Source: a virus (Duplodnaviria; Heunggongvirae; Uroviricota; Caudoviricetes). Taken from it: DNA of 36,948 nt. This document shows, piece after piece, positions 18,321 through 27,656 of this stretch. Each line of letters begins with the position of its first letter. The stretch's first letter is position 1. Where the stretch lies: IMG/VR virus record IMGVR_UViG_2778261353_000005, one strand, 5' to 3'. The notes beneath the pieces are model-generated. The model saw only the letters and a program-made list of their open reading frames with translations, had not been told where the DNA came from and ran no database searches. The translations under genes were made by a program, and so were the position numbers.

Positions 18321-18771
18321 CCCACGTCACATCCTGGAATACATGCGACCAGTCGCCTTCGGAAGATGGCAGGCGGGGTTTTGGCTCCGGCAGGTGTTCT
18401 GCCTGCGGCGTGCCCTGACTGCTGCGCGTGATGCGAACGCGTTCCCGCAGAGGGAGCGTAAACAGGAGATCGGCGCTGTCATCGTCATTGATAACGGCGG
18501 AGAATTTGATGTCCTGATTACGCTCAGGGTTGAGCAACAACTGTGGCTGATTTTCGGATAACCACGCCAGCAGCGGCAGCGTGAGGTCGTCCAGCTCCCC
18601 GGCGTAATCCATGACAAACATCACCATCTGATAGCGGTAAACAAACGATGGGGTTTCTCCTGTCGTTTCAATGTTGCCGCTCTCCACGAAAATGGTGAAT
18701 TTTTCCGGGTTGGCCTGACACCATCGGCATGAACGGGTCATGGCTTCACGCAGGGAATCAGTTTTCAGCAT
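18304..18771 (-). CDS. R: Tail completion protein R
   Basis: 155 aa, same size as P2 gpR; overlaps S start. Confidence 0.75.
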   Translation of the reverse strand: MLKTDSLREAMTRSCRWCQANPEKFTIFVESGNIETTGETPSFVYRYQMVMFVMDYAGELDDLTLPLLAWLSENQPQLLLNPERNQDIKFSAVINDDDSADLLFTLPLRERVRITRSSQGTPQAEHLPEPKPRLPSSEGDWSHVFQDVTWGESDG

Positions 18772-19048
18772 GGTTGTTATCCTCGTTGTTCAGTCGTTGC
18801 AGCCTGCGCTGTTCCAGTAATTCAATGGCCCGTTTATCCGCGTTACAGGTTTCCAGTGCATCCAGAAGGCGGTCGCCCCATATACCGAGACTTCCCCATG
18901 TGGGAGTATCAGGGAAGGGTGGCGGCGTTACCGGTATGGTCAGCGTCTGCGGTATAAGCCGGACTGACGGCGCTGGCAGTGGCGCGTTCTGCGTGCCTGC
19001 GCAGCCTGTCAGTAAAACGAGCGTCAGGCAAAGCGTGGGCGCATTCAT
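18758..19048 (-). CDS. lysC: o-spanin lipoprotein (LysC/Rz1-like), embedded in and extending past lysB
   Basis: Lipobox LLTGC after a short signal; Pro-rich; +1-frame overlap with lysB 3' half. Confidence 0.6.
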   Translation of the reverse strand: MNAPTLCLTLVLLTGCAGTQNAPLPAPSVRLIPQTLTIPVTPPPFPDTPTWGSLGIWGDRLLDALETCNADKRAIELLEQRRLQRLNNEDNNHAEN

Positions 19049-19316
19049 CTTTTGCAATATCGTTGCGTAGCTGTTCACGTCTTACCTCTCCGTCCTGATT
19101 GCGTTGCTGATTTTCCACGCGGAGTTGTGCCAGCACCTGCTGCATATCCTGTACCCCGGCGCTGATGATATTCAGGGTGTCGGCGGTACTTTTCAGGGTG
19201 CTGGCCTGCGCTTCGTTTCTGGCGTTCTCCCGGCCCAGCGACCACGACAGACGCATGGATGTTCCCCATCCGGCAATCAGAAGGAAAGCGACGCCAAGCG
19301 TGGGCCAGAGCTTCAT
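18909..19316 (-). CDS. lysB: i-spanin (LysB/Rz-like)
   Basis: Start at MKLWPTLGVAFLLIAGW (N-terminal TM) then coiled-coil region; ATGA overlap with endolysin stop. Confidence 0.65.
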   Translation of the reverse strand: MKLWPTLGVAFLLIAGWGTSMRLSWSLGRENARNEAQASTLKSTADTLNIISAGVQDMQQVLAQLRVENQQRNQDGEVRREQLRNDIAKDECAHALPDARFTDRLRRHAERATASAVSPAYTADADHTGNAATLP

Positions 19317-19705
19317 GCCGGATAGGCTCCGTGTGGTAACTGAAAATGCGGTCCGTCTTTCAGGGTCTTCCAGTCGCCGCCCCATTCCACCGGAATATTC
19401 AGTTCCCGGCTGGCCTGTCTGAATGCTGCTGCGATTTTTTCGTACAGCGGCCATTCCCATGACACCTGGCTGCCGATATAAGCCACAACATCCACGGCAT
19501 GCCCCGTAAGGTGGCGGCTGTTCATGGTCTGGCTCTTACCCGTGGCCACCAGTTGCTTCTGGCGGTAACGGCTGCGCAACCCTTCGGTGATACCAAAATC
19601 CACTTCCGAGATTTCCAGTGCCCGTCGGGTCACTTTCACCAGATCAGGATTTACGCCCTGCAAATTCTTTTCGCTCCGGCTGCTGAATTTAAATGTGTTG
19701 CTCAT
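19313..19705 (-). CDS. Endolysin, M15-type peptidase-like
   Basis: 130 aa; SRHLTGHAVDV metal-binding-like motif; sits between holin and spanins. Confidence 0.7.
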   Translation of the reverse strand: MSNTFKFSSRSEKNLQGVNPDLVKVTRRALEISEVDFGITEGLRSRYRQKQLVATGKSQTMNSRHLTGHAVDVVAYIGSQVSWEWPLYEKIAAAFRQASRELNIPVEWGGDWKTLKDGPHFQLPHGAYPA

Positions 19706-20040
19706 TCGTCCTTCTCCTTCACCCTGCGATTAAAGGCCGCAATAACCTTGTCGCGTGCTTTCTCTGCACCCATAAAACCGATTGATGCGCCGATAAACGT
19801 CACGGCATCTTCAGGAAACCCGAAGAAGCGCAACGACCCGGCCACGGCCATGGCAAGAACGCCGCACGCCAGCGATCCCGTTACGGTCTGAACCAGTGTT
19901 CGTCCGTCATAAAGACTCATCAGCGCGGAAATGCTGACCGCCGCGCCTACTGCATACACCGTTGGCAGGTGGTCAAAGAGCCACGCAATAACCTGCTCTG
20001 TGATCCCTGTTTGAATGGTGCTCACTGCTACTCCCCCCAC
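19702..20040 (-). CDS. Holin
   Basis: 112-aa ORF with hydrophobic helices and charged C-terminus (KARDKVIAAFNRRVKEKDE) immediately upstream of the endolysin. Confidence 0.6.
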   Translation of the reverse strand: MGGVAVSTIQTGITEQVIAWLFDHLPTVYAVGAAVSISALMSLYDGRTLVQTVTGSLACGVLAMAVAGSLRFFGFPEDAVTFIGASIGFMGAEKARDKVIAAFNRRVKEKDE

Positions 20041-20228
20041 AACTGAATCATTTCTCGTTTCTTCTTCTCCGGCTCCGGCATCTCAACTTCCTGCCCGGCG
20101 TCCAGAAATACCTGCTGACAGAGTCCGGGGTTGGCATCCAGCACCTTTTCGGTGACGCCCTGCGTCGTTCCGTAGTACCGGAAACAGAGCGAATCCACGG
20201 TGTCGCCTTCCAGTGCCTTCACTTTCAT
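20028..20228 (-). CDS. X: Tail protein X
   Basis: Start at MKVKALEGDT; GDTVDSLCFRYYG...ANPGL resembles P2 gpX. Confidence 0.75.
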   Translation of the reverse strand: MKVKALEGDTVDSLCFRYYGTTQGVTEKVLDANPGLCQQVFLDAGQEVEMPEPEKKKREMIQLWGE

Positions 20229-20731
20229 CAGCACAGCTCCGCAAAGATTCGCGGGCGGCACAGAATGTCAGAGATGGCCCAGCTCACATCACGCCACAAA
20301 TCCGATGTCTGTATATCCAGAGCGTCCGCCCGACGGTCGCCCTTGTCCGTTGTGTCTGCATCACGATAACGCTCCAGAATCAGGGCGCGCGTGGCGGTAT
20401 AAACAGCATTGCGCCAGTGCCAGAGATTGACGCTTTCTCCGTTAATTACGGGTGCCGGAACATCGGCCAGCGTCTGATGGCCAGCTGCCTGCTGTTCCTG
20501 CTGCCATGTTTCCAGCTCGCGGGTAACGTGTGCCACAGCCCCGGTGGCAGTATGCAGCAGGCGGGAGGTGGTCACGCGGCCCGGCAGTCGTACCGCCAGA
20601 CGCAGCTCGCGCAGCACAATATCCGGCCAGAATGCACCCGCTGAAATGCGGGTATCGCCATCATCGGTATCGGTGATGTCGTCCTCTGCGGGTCTGGGTT
20701 CAGTTCTGGCAACCATACTCATGGGGTTCAC
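20228..20731 (-). CDS. L: Head completion protein L
   Basis: 167 aa between M and X as in P2. Confidence 0.75.
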   Translation of the reverse strand: MNPMSMVARTEPRPAEDDITDTDDGDTRISAGAFWPDIVLRELRLAVRLPGRVTTSRLLHTATGAVAHVTRELETWQQEQQAAGHQTLADVPAPVINGESVNLWHWRNAVYTATRALILERYRDADTTDKGDRRADALDIQTSDLWRDVSWAISDILCRPRIFAELC

Positions 20732-20824
20732 TCCTGAAAAAAATCGGGCGGTGGGTGCGCGGTGTAAACGGTCACGGAGTCAAACCGGAACACCGCGCAC
20801 GCCGCCCGCTGACGGGGTCAGTCG

Positions 20825-21625
20825 TTAACCGCGCTTCGCCTTCTGCGTCGCGGTGGTTTTTCGTGTTGCAGGCTTCCGCGTTGTCTTTTTACTTTTGCTG
20901 CTTTCGTCCTGCGCCTGCTGTGCGCTGGCGTCTTCTGGTTCGGCTGCGGAATCGGCTTTTTTCAGGGCGCGGGAAAGGGTTGCAATCTCGCGTTTCACAC
21001 CTGCGTTCGGGTTCAGGTGCATCGCTTCGCGCAGCAGCTTCAGTGATAAGGCCATGTTGTCTGCATCGGTCAGACCACGACGGGCAAAGGCGCACGCCTT
21101 GCATAATTTGGCGCGTACTTCGTCCGGCATGTCCTGGTCGGTGACAATCTTCCGGAGGGTGTCCAGTGGTTCGATAAAGGCGGACAAATCCGCGTCGGCA
21201 TCCGCCCCGGCCTGCGTCAGTACCGGGTTGCAGATTTCTTCGGTCAGCACTGTGGCAGCAGTACGGCCAAAGTTATCCGGCATAATGAGGTTATGACGGA
21301 CCACATACGCACCAATACGCAACGCCAGCGGAAGATCGCCGCAGTCAATCGCCCACACCATCAGCGTGGCAATCACTTCATCCTGCTGCCCGCCGTCAGC
21401 CTCCAGCGTTCCCTCAATCCAGCCGGAAAAATCCGGCAACAACTCTTTTTTGATGGCGGCTTTCGCGCTTCTGGCCTGTACGCCCTTAAGCCGGGCCTGT
21501 GCCAGACGCAGACGATACAGCACCTCTTCATGCGCGGTACGCGCGGCGTGGTCCACGCCTTCATTCGCCCGGCCTGCGCGCTGTGCCATCACGTTCTGCC
21601 AGTGTTGCTGTGCAGGAGTAATCAT
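20825..21625 (-). CDS. M: Terminase endonuclease/small subunit M
   Basis: 266 aa, positional between N and L; basic Lys/Thr-rich C-terminal tail. Confidence 0.8.
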   Translation of the reverse strand: MITPAQQHWQNVMAQRAGRANEGVDHAARTAHEEVLYRLRLAQARLKGVQARSAKAAIKKELLPDFSGWIEGTLEADGGQQDEVIATLMVWAIDCGDLPLALRIGAYVVRHNLIMPDNFGRTAATVLTEEICNPVLTQAGADADADLSAFIEPLDTLRKIVTDQDMPDEVRAKLCKACAFARRGLTDADNMALSLKLLREAMHLNPNAGVKREIATLSRALKKADSAAEPEDASAQQAQDESSKSKKTTRKPATRKTTATQKAKRG

Positions 21626-21670
21626 TTGTTCTCTCCGTTACTGGCGGGCATGATGCCCGCCGTGAGTTGA

Positions 21671-22723
21671 TTAGCTGTCGGCGAACTTCAGGCCAGTGAC
21701 CATCGCGCACTTGCCATAGTCTTCAACGACATAAGCGTCATTGATGGACTGGTAGGTGGCGATGCGGTTGTATTCCGGCTCGTCTTTCATCAGGCGACGC
21801 ATTGAACCTTTCTGCCAGTAAATCGACAGGTTGTTGAACGAGGTGATCAGCATCGTTGCATCCGGGAAGAACGGCGCAAGGAACACGCCCAGCCCGCCAA
21901 TGGTGCGCGATGACAGGATGAGCTGCCCGGCGAGTAATTCCGCATTGGGATTCTGGCCGCTGATGCTGTTCAGCACGGGCAGACGCAGCGAGTTAAACAG
22001 GTTGCGCCCCATAATCACCACGAGGTCGTCAGCTTCCTTGTGCCATTCATCCAGCAGGGATGAACGCGCGTCCTGTACCAGTGCATCAGCGTTCGCATAC
22101 TTACCCGCGTGCGCCACGGTGTTGTCCATGTTGCGGGAGGTCAGCGTCACGTCATTCATAACGCGTTCGCTGGCGTCGGTTCTGATGTGCTCCAGCCAGC
22201 CCACGTTAACGTCCTGAAGCAGCTTGTTGGTGCTGAAGTTGGACTCATCCGCGTGAGACGTGCCGTTGAAACCGATCATGATGCGGTCAAGCGCCACCTG
22301 TCGGGCAATCTGTGCGCTGATGCGGGACTGAAAATCAGGGTGTGCCGACCAGGCATCAAGCTGCGGATACGAAATAAACGTGTCGTAGTTCACCTGTTCG
22401 CACTGGTATTTGCGGTTTTTCAGATCAACCACGTTATTCGGGTTACGGCGTTTTGTGCCGTCATAACTGGTATTCGTGCGCGCAATCGGCCCGGTGGTAT
22501 CCAGGAGGATTTTTTCGCCTTTCTGGTCGGTCACGCCGATCACGTTAATTCTTTTTGTAAATTCGGTGCTTTCCTTTGAGGCGTTTTCAAAACGCTGCTG
22601 TACCGAGGGTTCCACGGTAAATCGCGATACCAGTGCGGAAACCGGGATATTGTTAAGCGACGCCTGCTGCGCCATATAGCAACCCAGCTTGTTGCGGGTA
22701 ATATCTGACATCACCAGATTCAT
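21671..22723 (-). CDS. N: Major capsid protein N
   Basis: 350 aa; blocks FTVEPSV, GEKI, IMIGFNG, GWL, VVIMGR, NLSIY as in P2 gpN. Confidence 0.85.
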   Translation of the reverse strand: MNLVMSDITRNKLGCYMAQQASLNNIPVSALVSRFTVEPSVQQRFENASKESTEFTKRINVIGVTDQKGEKILLDTTGPIARTNTSYDGTKRRNPNNVVDLKNRKYQCEQVNYDTFISYPQLDAWSAHPDFQSRISAQIARQVALDRIMIGFNGTSHADESNFSTNKLLQDVNVGWLEHIRTDASERVMNDVTLTSRNMDNTVAHAGKYANADALVQDARSSLLDEWHKEADDLVVIMGRNLFNSLRLPVLNSISGQNPNAELLAGQLILSSRTIGGLGVFLAPFFPDATMLITSFNNLSIYWQKGSMRRLMKDEPEYNRIATYQSINDAYVVEDYGKCAMVTGLKFADS

Positions 22724-22746
22724 AAAAAATTTGCTCCTTTGTCTTA

Positions 22747-23583
22747 TCAGAAGTCAGCCAGCTGGTCGGAGGCTGCGCCCGTTGCGGTGAACCGATTCTG
22801 CGGATCGCCGTCCTGCGTGCGCAGTTTTTCCTTCAGTGCTGCCAGCTCTGTGGTCAGTAAAGTGATTTTCTGGCTGTCCTGCTGATGGCGGGTTTCCAGC
22901 ACATTAAAACGGTCGATAATGTCGGCCTGTGACGTTGCGACACCTTCCACCGCTTCCTGAATACGGGAGAAACTGGCGTCATCCGCTTTGCGGCCACGGC
23001 CAATAATCCCCATAACGCGGTTAAACCACTGGGTGCCTTCTTCCTGACGTTGTTCGGTGAGTTCGATAAGTTCTGACTCCATAGCGGCGGTAAACATCGC
23101 CACGTCTCCCTGCTGACAGTTGAATGTCATCAGTTGCATACGTTGTTGTGCCGCAAAGGCCAGACGTTCCGTGCCCAGGCTGGCAGGGGTGTCGGTCATT
23201 GCCAGCCCGCGCAGGTAAGGGCCTCCCGTGATGGTTGACTGTGGTTCCAGCTCAATACTGGAGTAAATTTTTTTACCATCGTTAAGCAGGGACATCATGC
23301 GAGCGGTCGGCTCAATTTCGGCATACAGTGCCGTGCGACCTGCCAGCGGGCCATCGGTTATGTCTTCGGTGCTCAATCCCACAACATCGCCCATAGCGGA
23401 AAACTCGCTACCGGGGAGTGGTGACAGGATGTGCTCAATATTCACACGTGCACCATAAACGGACGGGTTATAACTGGTGGCGGCAGCTTTCAGCATGTCG
23501 CCGTTGATTTCGCGCCCGTCTGCCGTTACACCGGAGACAGCCACGCGAAACTTTTTGCGGGATGTCTTTTTTTCATTAGCCAT
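22747..23583 (-). CDS. O: Capsid scaffolding protein O
   Basis: Start at MANEKK; ...FRVAVSGVTADGREI..., LAMTDTPASLGTERL match P2 gpO. Confidence 0.8.
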   Translation of the reverse strand: MANEKKTSRKKFRVAVSGVTADGREINGDMLKAAATSYNPSVYGARVNIEHILSPLPGSEFSAMGDVVGLSTEDITDGPLAGRTALYAEIEPTARMMSLLNDGKKIYSSIELEPQSTITGGPYLRGLAMTDTPASLGTERLAFAAQQRMQLMTFNCQQGDVAMFTAAMESELIELTEQRQEEGTQWFNRVMGIIGRGRKADDASFSRIQEAVEGVATSQADIIDRFNVLETRHQQDSQKITLLTTELAALKEKLRTQDGDPQNRFTATGAASDQLADF

Positions 23584-23737
23584 AGTTTTTGCCCCTCTGA
23601 CTGGTTCTTCAGTCATGATGGCAAAGCGTAACAGGCTGATACAAAGGGCTTTTGTTGTAAGAAAACGGCCAGAACAGGGGGTTAAGGAGAACAGTTTCGC
23701 GCGCGGGTAATCTTCCTGTAATTACTCAGGGGGAGCA

Positions 23738-25489
23738 ATGATTCAGGACGCTTTTGTGCGCCAGCGTGCGCGGCAACTTTACTGGCAGGGTTATCCGCCC
23801 GCAGAAATATCACGTCTGATGGGAATAAACCCGAACACGATTTATGCGTGGAAAAAACGCGACCAGTGGGATGAAACGCCACCCGTGCAGCGTGTCACGC
23901 AGTCCATCGATGCGCGCCTCATCCAGCTCACTGAAAAACAGAATAAAACAGGTGGTGACTTCAAGGAAATAGACCTGCTGACCCGGCAGCTTAAAAAACT
24001 GCATGATGGCCAGCCGGATGCGACGGCCACAGGAAAGAAAGGCCGGGCGAAAAAACTCAAAAATCATTTCACGCCGGAACAGATTGCCGCACTGCGGGAA
24101 AAAATCATCAGCAGGCTGGAGTGGCATCAGCGGGGCTGGTTTGACTCCCTGACCCTTTGCAGGGAAGCCGGGATACGTAACAGGATGATCCTGAAATCCC
24201 GACAGATTGGGGCGACCTGGTATTTTGCACAGGAAGCACTGCTGATGGCGCTGCGTGACGATGTGGCACAACCTTACCAGCGTAACCAGATTTTTTTGTC
24301 TGCGTCGCGTCGTCAGGCGTTCCAGTTTAAAAGCATTATTCAGAAGGCCGCGGCTGAAGTTGATGTGGAGCTGAAAGGGGGCGATAAAATCATCCTCTCC
24401 AACGGCGCAGAGCTGCATTTTCTCGGCACTTCTGCTGCGTCGGCACAGTCCTATACGGGCAATTTTTATTTTGATGAATTTTTCTGGGTCAGTCGCTTTG
24501 CTGAACTGCGCAAGGTGGCTGGCGCTATGGCAACCCTCAGCGGACTGCGGCGCACCTACTTCTCCACGCCATCCACCGAAACGCACGAGGCATACGTCTA
24601 TTGGAACGGCGACCGCTGGAACGAGAAAAAGGCCGCGCATAAACGCCAGCGTTTTTCTGTGGACTGGAAAACGCTGCATAACGGGCTTATCTGCCCCGAC
24701 CGGACGTGGCGGCAAATTGTCACGCTGGAAGATGTGGTTAATCACGGCTGGAAACACACCGATATTGATGAAATTCGTGATGAAAACACCGAAGACGAGT
24801 TCCGCAATCTCTATATGTGTGAGTTTGTCCGCGAAGGGGAATCGGCATTTAACCTGAATATCCTGATTGGCTGCGGTGTTGATGGATACGACGACTGGAA
24901 AGACTGGAAACCTTTTGCTCCCCGCCCGATGGGGAATCGTCCGGTATGGATTGGGTATGACGCAAACGGCAGCAGTGGCAACGGCGACAGCGGCGCTGTG
25001 TCCGTGGTGGTTCCTCCGGCTGTTCCTGGTGGCCGTTTTCGAACGGTGGAGACGCGACGCGTTCAGGGGCTGGAGTTTGAAGAACAGGCCAGAGTCATTG
25101 AAGAGTTCACGTATCGCTACAACGTGGAACACATCGGCATTGATGTGACGGGCGGGAACGGGGAGGCTGTTTATCAGATAGTGAAACGGTTTTTCCCTGC
25201 AGCTATTCCGTACACCTTCACCCTGTCATCAAAACGGTCGCTGGTACTGAAAATGCTGCAAATAATGCGTGCCGGGCGGTGGGAATACGATCGCGCCGAA
25301 CGCGAGCTGGTCGCGGCCTTTAACGCCGTGCGTAAGGTGAAAACACCGGGCGGCTTTATCACTTACGAAACGGACCGTGCGAGGGGGATCAGCCACGGCG
25401 ACCTTGCGTGGGCAACCATGCTTGCTGTCATTAACGAACCGATTGGCGGCGAAGGAGAAAACGAGCGTTTCACGGTTATGGAGTTCTGA
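23738..25489 (+). CDS. P: Terminase large (ATPase) subunit P
   Basis: 583 aa divergent from O; N-terminal HTH-like region then ATPase/nuclease-size body. Confidence 0.85.
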   Translation: MIQDAFVRQRARQLYWQGYPPAEISRLMGINPNTIYAWKKRDQWDETPPVQRVTQSIDARLIQLTEKQNKTGGDFKEIDLLTRQLKKLHDGQPDATATGKKGRAKKLKNHFTPEQIAALREKIISRLEWHQRGWFDSLTLCREAGIRNRMILKSRQIGATWYFAQEALLMALRDDVAQPYQRNQIFLSASRRQAFQFKSIIQKAAAEVDVELKGGDKIILSNGAELHFLGTSAASAQSYTGNFYFDEFFWVSRFAELRKVAGAMATLSGLRRTYFSTPSTETHEAYVYWNGDRWNEKKAAHKRQRFSVDWKTLHNGLICPDRTWRQIVTLEDVVNHGWKHTDIDEIRDENTEDEFRNLYMCEFVREGESAFNLNILIGCGVDGYDDWKDWKPFAPRPMGNRPVWIGYDANGSSGNGDSGAVSVVVPPAVPGGRFRTVETRRVQGLEFEEQARVIEEFTYRYNVEHIGIDVTGGNGEAVYQIVKRFFPAAIPYTFTLSSKRSLVLKMLQIMRAGRWEYDRAERELVAAFNAVRKVKTPGGFITYETDRARGISHGDLAWATMLAVINEPIGGEGENERFTVMEF

Positions 25490-26535
25490 TGAGCAGAAAA
25501 AATAAAAAATTGCGCATGAGTTCACGCATTGATCTCGCTGATGCGCTCAGGAAAGAATCGTCGCTCAGTGCATTCACATTTGATGGTCCTTACCGCCTGA
25601 CCGGGCATGACCTGCTGGACAATATGTACTGTGCTGATAACGGTCGGTGGTATGAAACCCCGGTGGACTGGTACGGTCTGGCAAGAGCTGCCCGGCAAAC
25701 GTCCTGGCATCAGTCTGCGCTTTACTTTAAGCGCAATGTATTACTCGGTTGCTACATCCCGCACCCGCTGCTTTCCCGGCAGGATTTCTCGGCGCTGGCG
25801 CTGGACTGGTTTGTGTTCGGTAACGCATTTCTTGAGCTTCGAAGCAATATGCTCGGCGAACCGCTTAAATTACGGCACGCACTGGCGAAATACATGCGAC
25901 GCGGAAGCGATCTTGAATCATGGTGGTATGTGCAGGATGGCAAGGACGCGTTTCGGTTTCGCCCTGGCAAAGTGTGCCACCTGATGAATCCGGACATTAA
26001 CCAGGAAATTTACGGCATGCCGGAATATCTCGGCGCATTACTCTCGGCCAGCCTGTCTCATTCGGCGGACATGTTCAGAAAACTGTATTACGACAATGGA
26101 TCCCACGCCGGGTGCATCATCTACATCGGTGCAGCGCAGGTGAACCGCGAAAGCATGGACTCCCTGAAAGAAACGTTACAGGGTGCGCGTGGTGGTGGTG
26201 CGTTTAAAAACGTGCTCATCCATGCGCCCAACGGGGGCAAAGAGGGGGTGCAAATTTTGCCGTTCCAGCAGATCACCGCAAAGGATGAGTTCATGAATGT
26301 TAAGGCGGCATCCCGTGATGATGTGCTGGCTGCGCACCGCGTTCCGCCGCAACTGATGGGGGCGATGCCGGGTGAAAAAAGTGCGTTTGGTGATGTGGAG
26401 AAGGCCGCGCGGGTTTACGCAATTAACGAGCTGATGCCCGTCATGGAGGCCATGAAGCACATCAATGACTGGCTTGGCGAAGAGGTGATCCGCTTTAACC
26501 CTTACGCACTGTTAGACACCCAGCCCACATCCTGA
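25489..26535 (+). CDS. Q: Portal protein Q
   Basis: 348 aa immediately after P, start overlapping P stop. Confidence 0.85.
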   Translation: MSRKNKKLRMSSRIDLADALRKESSLSAFTFDGPYRLTGHDLLDNMYCADNGRWYETPVDWYGLARAARQTSWHQSALYFKRNVLLGCYIPHPLLSRQDFSALALDWFVFGNAFLELRSNMLGEPLKLRHALAKYMRRGSDLESWWYVQDGKDAFRFRPGKVCHLMNPDINQEIYGMPEYLGALLSASLSHSADMFRKLYYDNGSHAGCIIYIGAAQVNRESMDSLKETLQGARGGGAFKNVLIHAPNGGKEGVQILPFQQITAKDEFMNVKAASRDDVLAAHRVPPQLMGAMPGEKSAFGDVEKAARVYAINELMPVMEAMKHINDWLGEEVIRFNPYALLDTQPTS

Positions 26536-26549
26536 CGCGCTTCGCTTGT

Positions 26550-26598
26550 CTGCTGCTTCGCCGGGGCATAAAAAATTTATGCCCCGGCGAAGCAGCTC
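26550..26598. repeat. ~49-bp near-perfect palindrome 15 bp downstream of portal stop; candidate terminator and/or cos-proximal protein-binding site
   Basis: ctgctgcttcgccggggcataaaa | ttttatgccccggcgaagcagcag arms paired by hand with one central mismatch. Confidence 0.6.
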
Positions 26599-26990
26599 CT
26601 GTATCAATCAGATAATTTCACGACGCTTTTCTGCTTATTGCCATCATCGGCGGTCAGACTCTTACGCAATCCCACCGCGTTGACTGCATGTTCTTCGCCG
26701 CCTCAGTGCGATTTTGACGGCCTTACCTTTCACCCCATCAAACCAGAATCCCTCACGTATTTTTCACGCTCAGCGTGAGAAATACGGCCATTCTGTCGTG
26801 TCGCTGCGACATCGTTAAGGGAACGCTATTTACCCCCTGAAACGCGGGCTGTTCCCCCGTCACCTGCGCGCAGAAAAAACGCGTTTTTTTGTGCACGTAC
26901 GGATCCTTGACGGATCCAGCCACCACGCGGGCCGGAAGTACAAAAAGTCGTTCAAAAAAATTGTGCAAACTTGTGCACTATCGTGCAAAC

Positions 26991-27012
26991 AAAAAAAGCG
27001 CCTTATCGGCGC
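26991..27012 (-). terminator. Intrinsic terminator ending the A-parM-parR/89-aa gene transcription unit
   Basis: On minus strand gcgccGATAAggcgc followed by TTTTTTT, 10 nt after the 89-aa gene stop. Confidence 0.6.
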
Positions 27013-27022
27013 TTCAAAAGTA

Positions 27023-27292
27023 TCAATTGTTGCTGTGTATTAATCGCCAACCACGAACATATGCTTCATAGGCATCTCTGTGCCTTACAGTTCCAGCCTG
27101 GCTAAACGGAATGTTAGCTAAAACTAAATCATTCTGAGCCATAGCGCGTCCTTCAAGCGCATCTTTTATGCCTAGCTCAAAAGCACAGGCAGCGCATTTG
27201 TGCCGACCTTCTTGTCCTTGATATTCAGGGAGAGACAGAAATGTTGGATTATAACGATGAGGGTTCTTGCAAATACCTGTTTTAGCCCGCAC
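27023..27292 (-). CDS. Hypothetical 89-aa cargo protein with own promoter (GTG start)
   Basis: ORF-track ORF; strong sigma70-like promoter about 200 bp upstream; no family recognised. Confidence 0.55.
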   Translation of the reverse strand: MRAKTGICKNPHRYNPTFLSLPEYQGQEGRHKCAACAFELGIKDALEGRAMAQNDLVLANIPFSQAGTVRHRDAYEAYVRGWRLIHSNN

Positions 27293-27313
27293 TTTATTTA
27301 CCTCATAGGAAAA

Positions 27314-27454
27314 ATATGCGTGCCTTTACAGAGGTGCGTGTAAGCAATAAAATATACGACGCACATTTTGATTTACTTCGGAAGGCACGCATATCAGGTT
27401 AAGTGAGTCCGACCGAGTTTTACGCCCCAATAGTTGCTGCTATTGGGGCGTTTT
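27314..27454 (+). ncRNA. Candidate structured cis-antisense RNA / leader element
   Basis: 13-bp perfect long-range stem (27314..27326 with 27382..27394), nested gtgcgt/acgcac stem, then cgccccaatag...ctattggggcg hairpin plus TTTT (27423..27454) that is a terminator only on the plus strand. Confidence 0.3.
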
Positions 27455-27500
27455 GCATGGACAATGCCGCGCAATTATCTTGTCGCTCACAATGCGAACG

Positions 27501-27528
27501 ATCTTACAAAAAGGCACATTACTGTCAA
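27501..27528 (-). promoter_or_regulatory. Sigma70-like promoter (TTGACA-16-TAAGAT) driving the 89-aa gene
   Basis: Minus-strand -35 and -10 hexamers read directly; followed by AT-rich palindromic operator-like sequence. Confidence 0.4.
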
Positions 27529-27656
27529 GATAATTGATCGTTTTAATCGATAGATAATAGACAATCTATTTGTTTAACAGATCGATTATTGAAGTAAGTG
27601 TGCCAAGTGGAATGATACTGTCTCTATAAACGTGAGCATTTTTCGCGCAGATGCTT

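Noticed and set aside
23810-25132. 440-aa minus-strand ORF
   Set aside because: Entirely antisense to the terminase large subunit, which has clear conserved blocks
26599-26760. Exact cos cohesive-end sequence
   Set aside because: Nearest candidate (ttcttcgccgcctcagtgcg) matches the recalled P2/186 cos only loosely
27316-27402. 28-aa plus-strand ORF (MRAFTEVRVSNKIYDAHFDLLRKARISG) with AGGA upstream
   Set aside because: Start codon and 3' end sit inside a perfect 13-bp stem and the peptide is featureless; RNA structure is more likely, but not excluded
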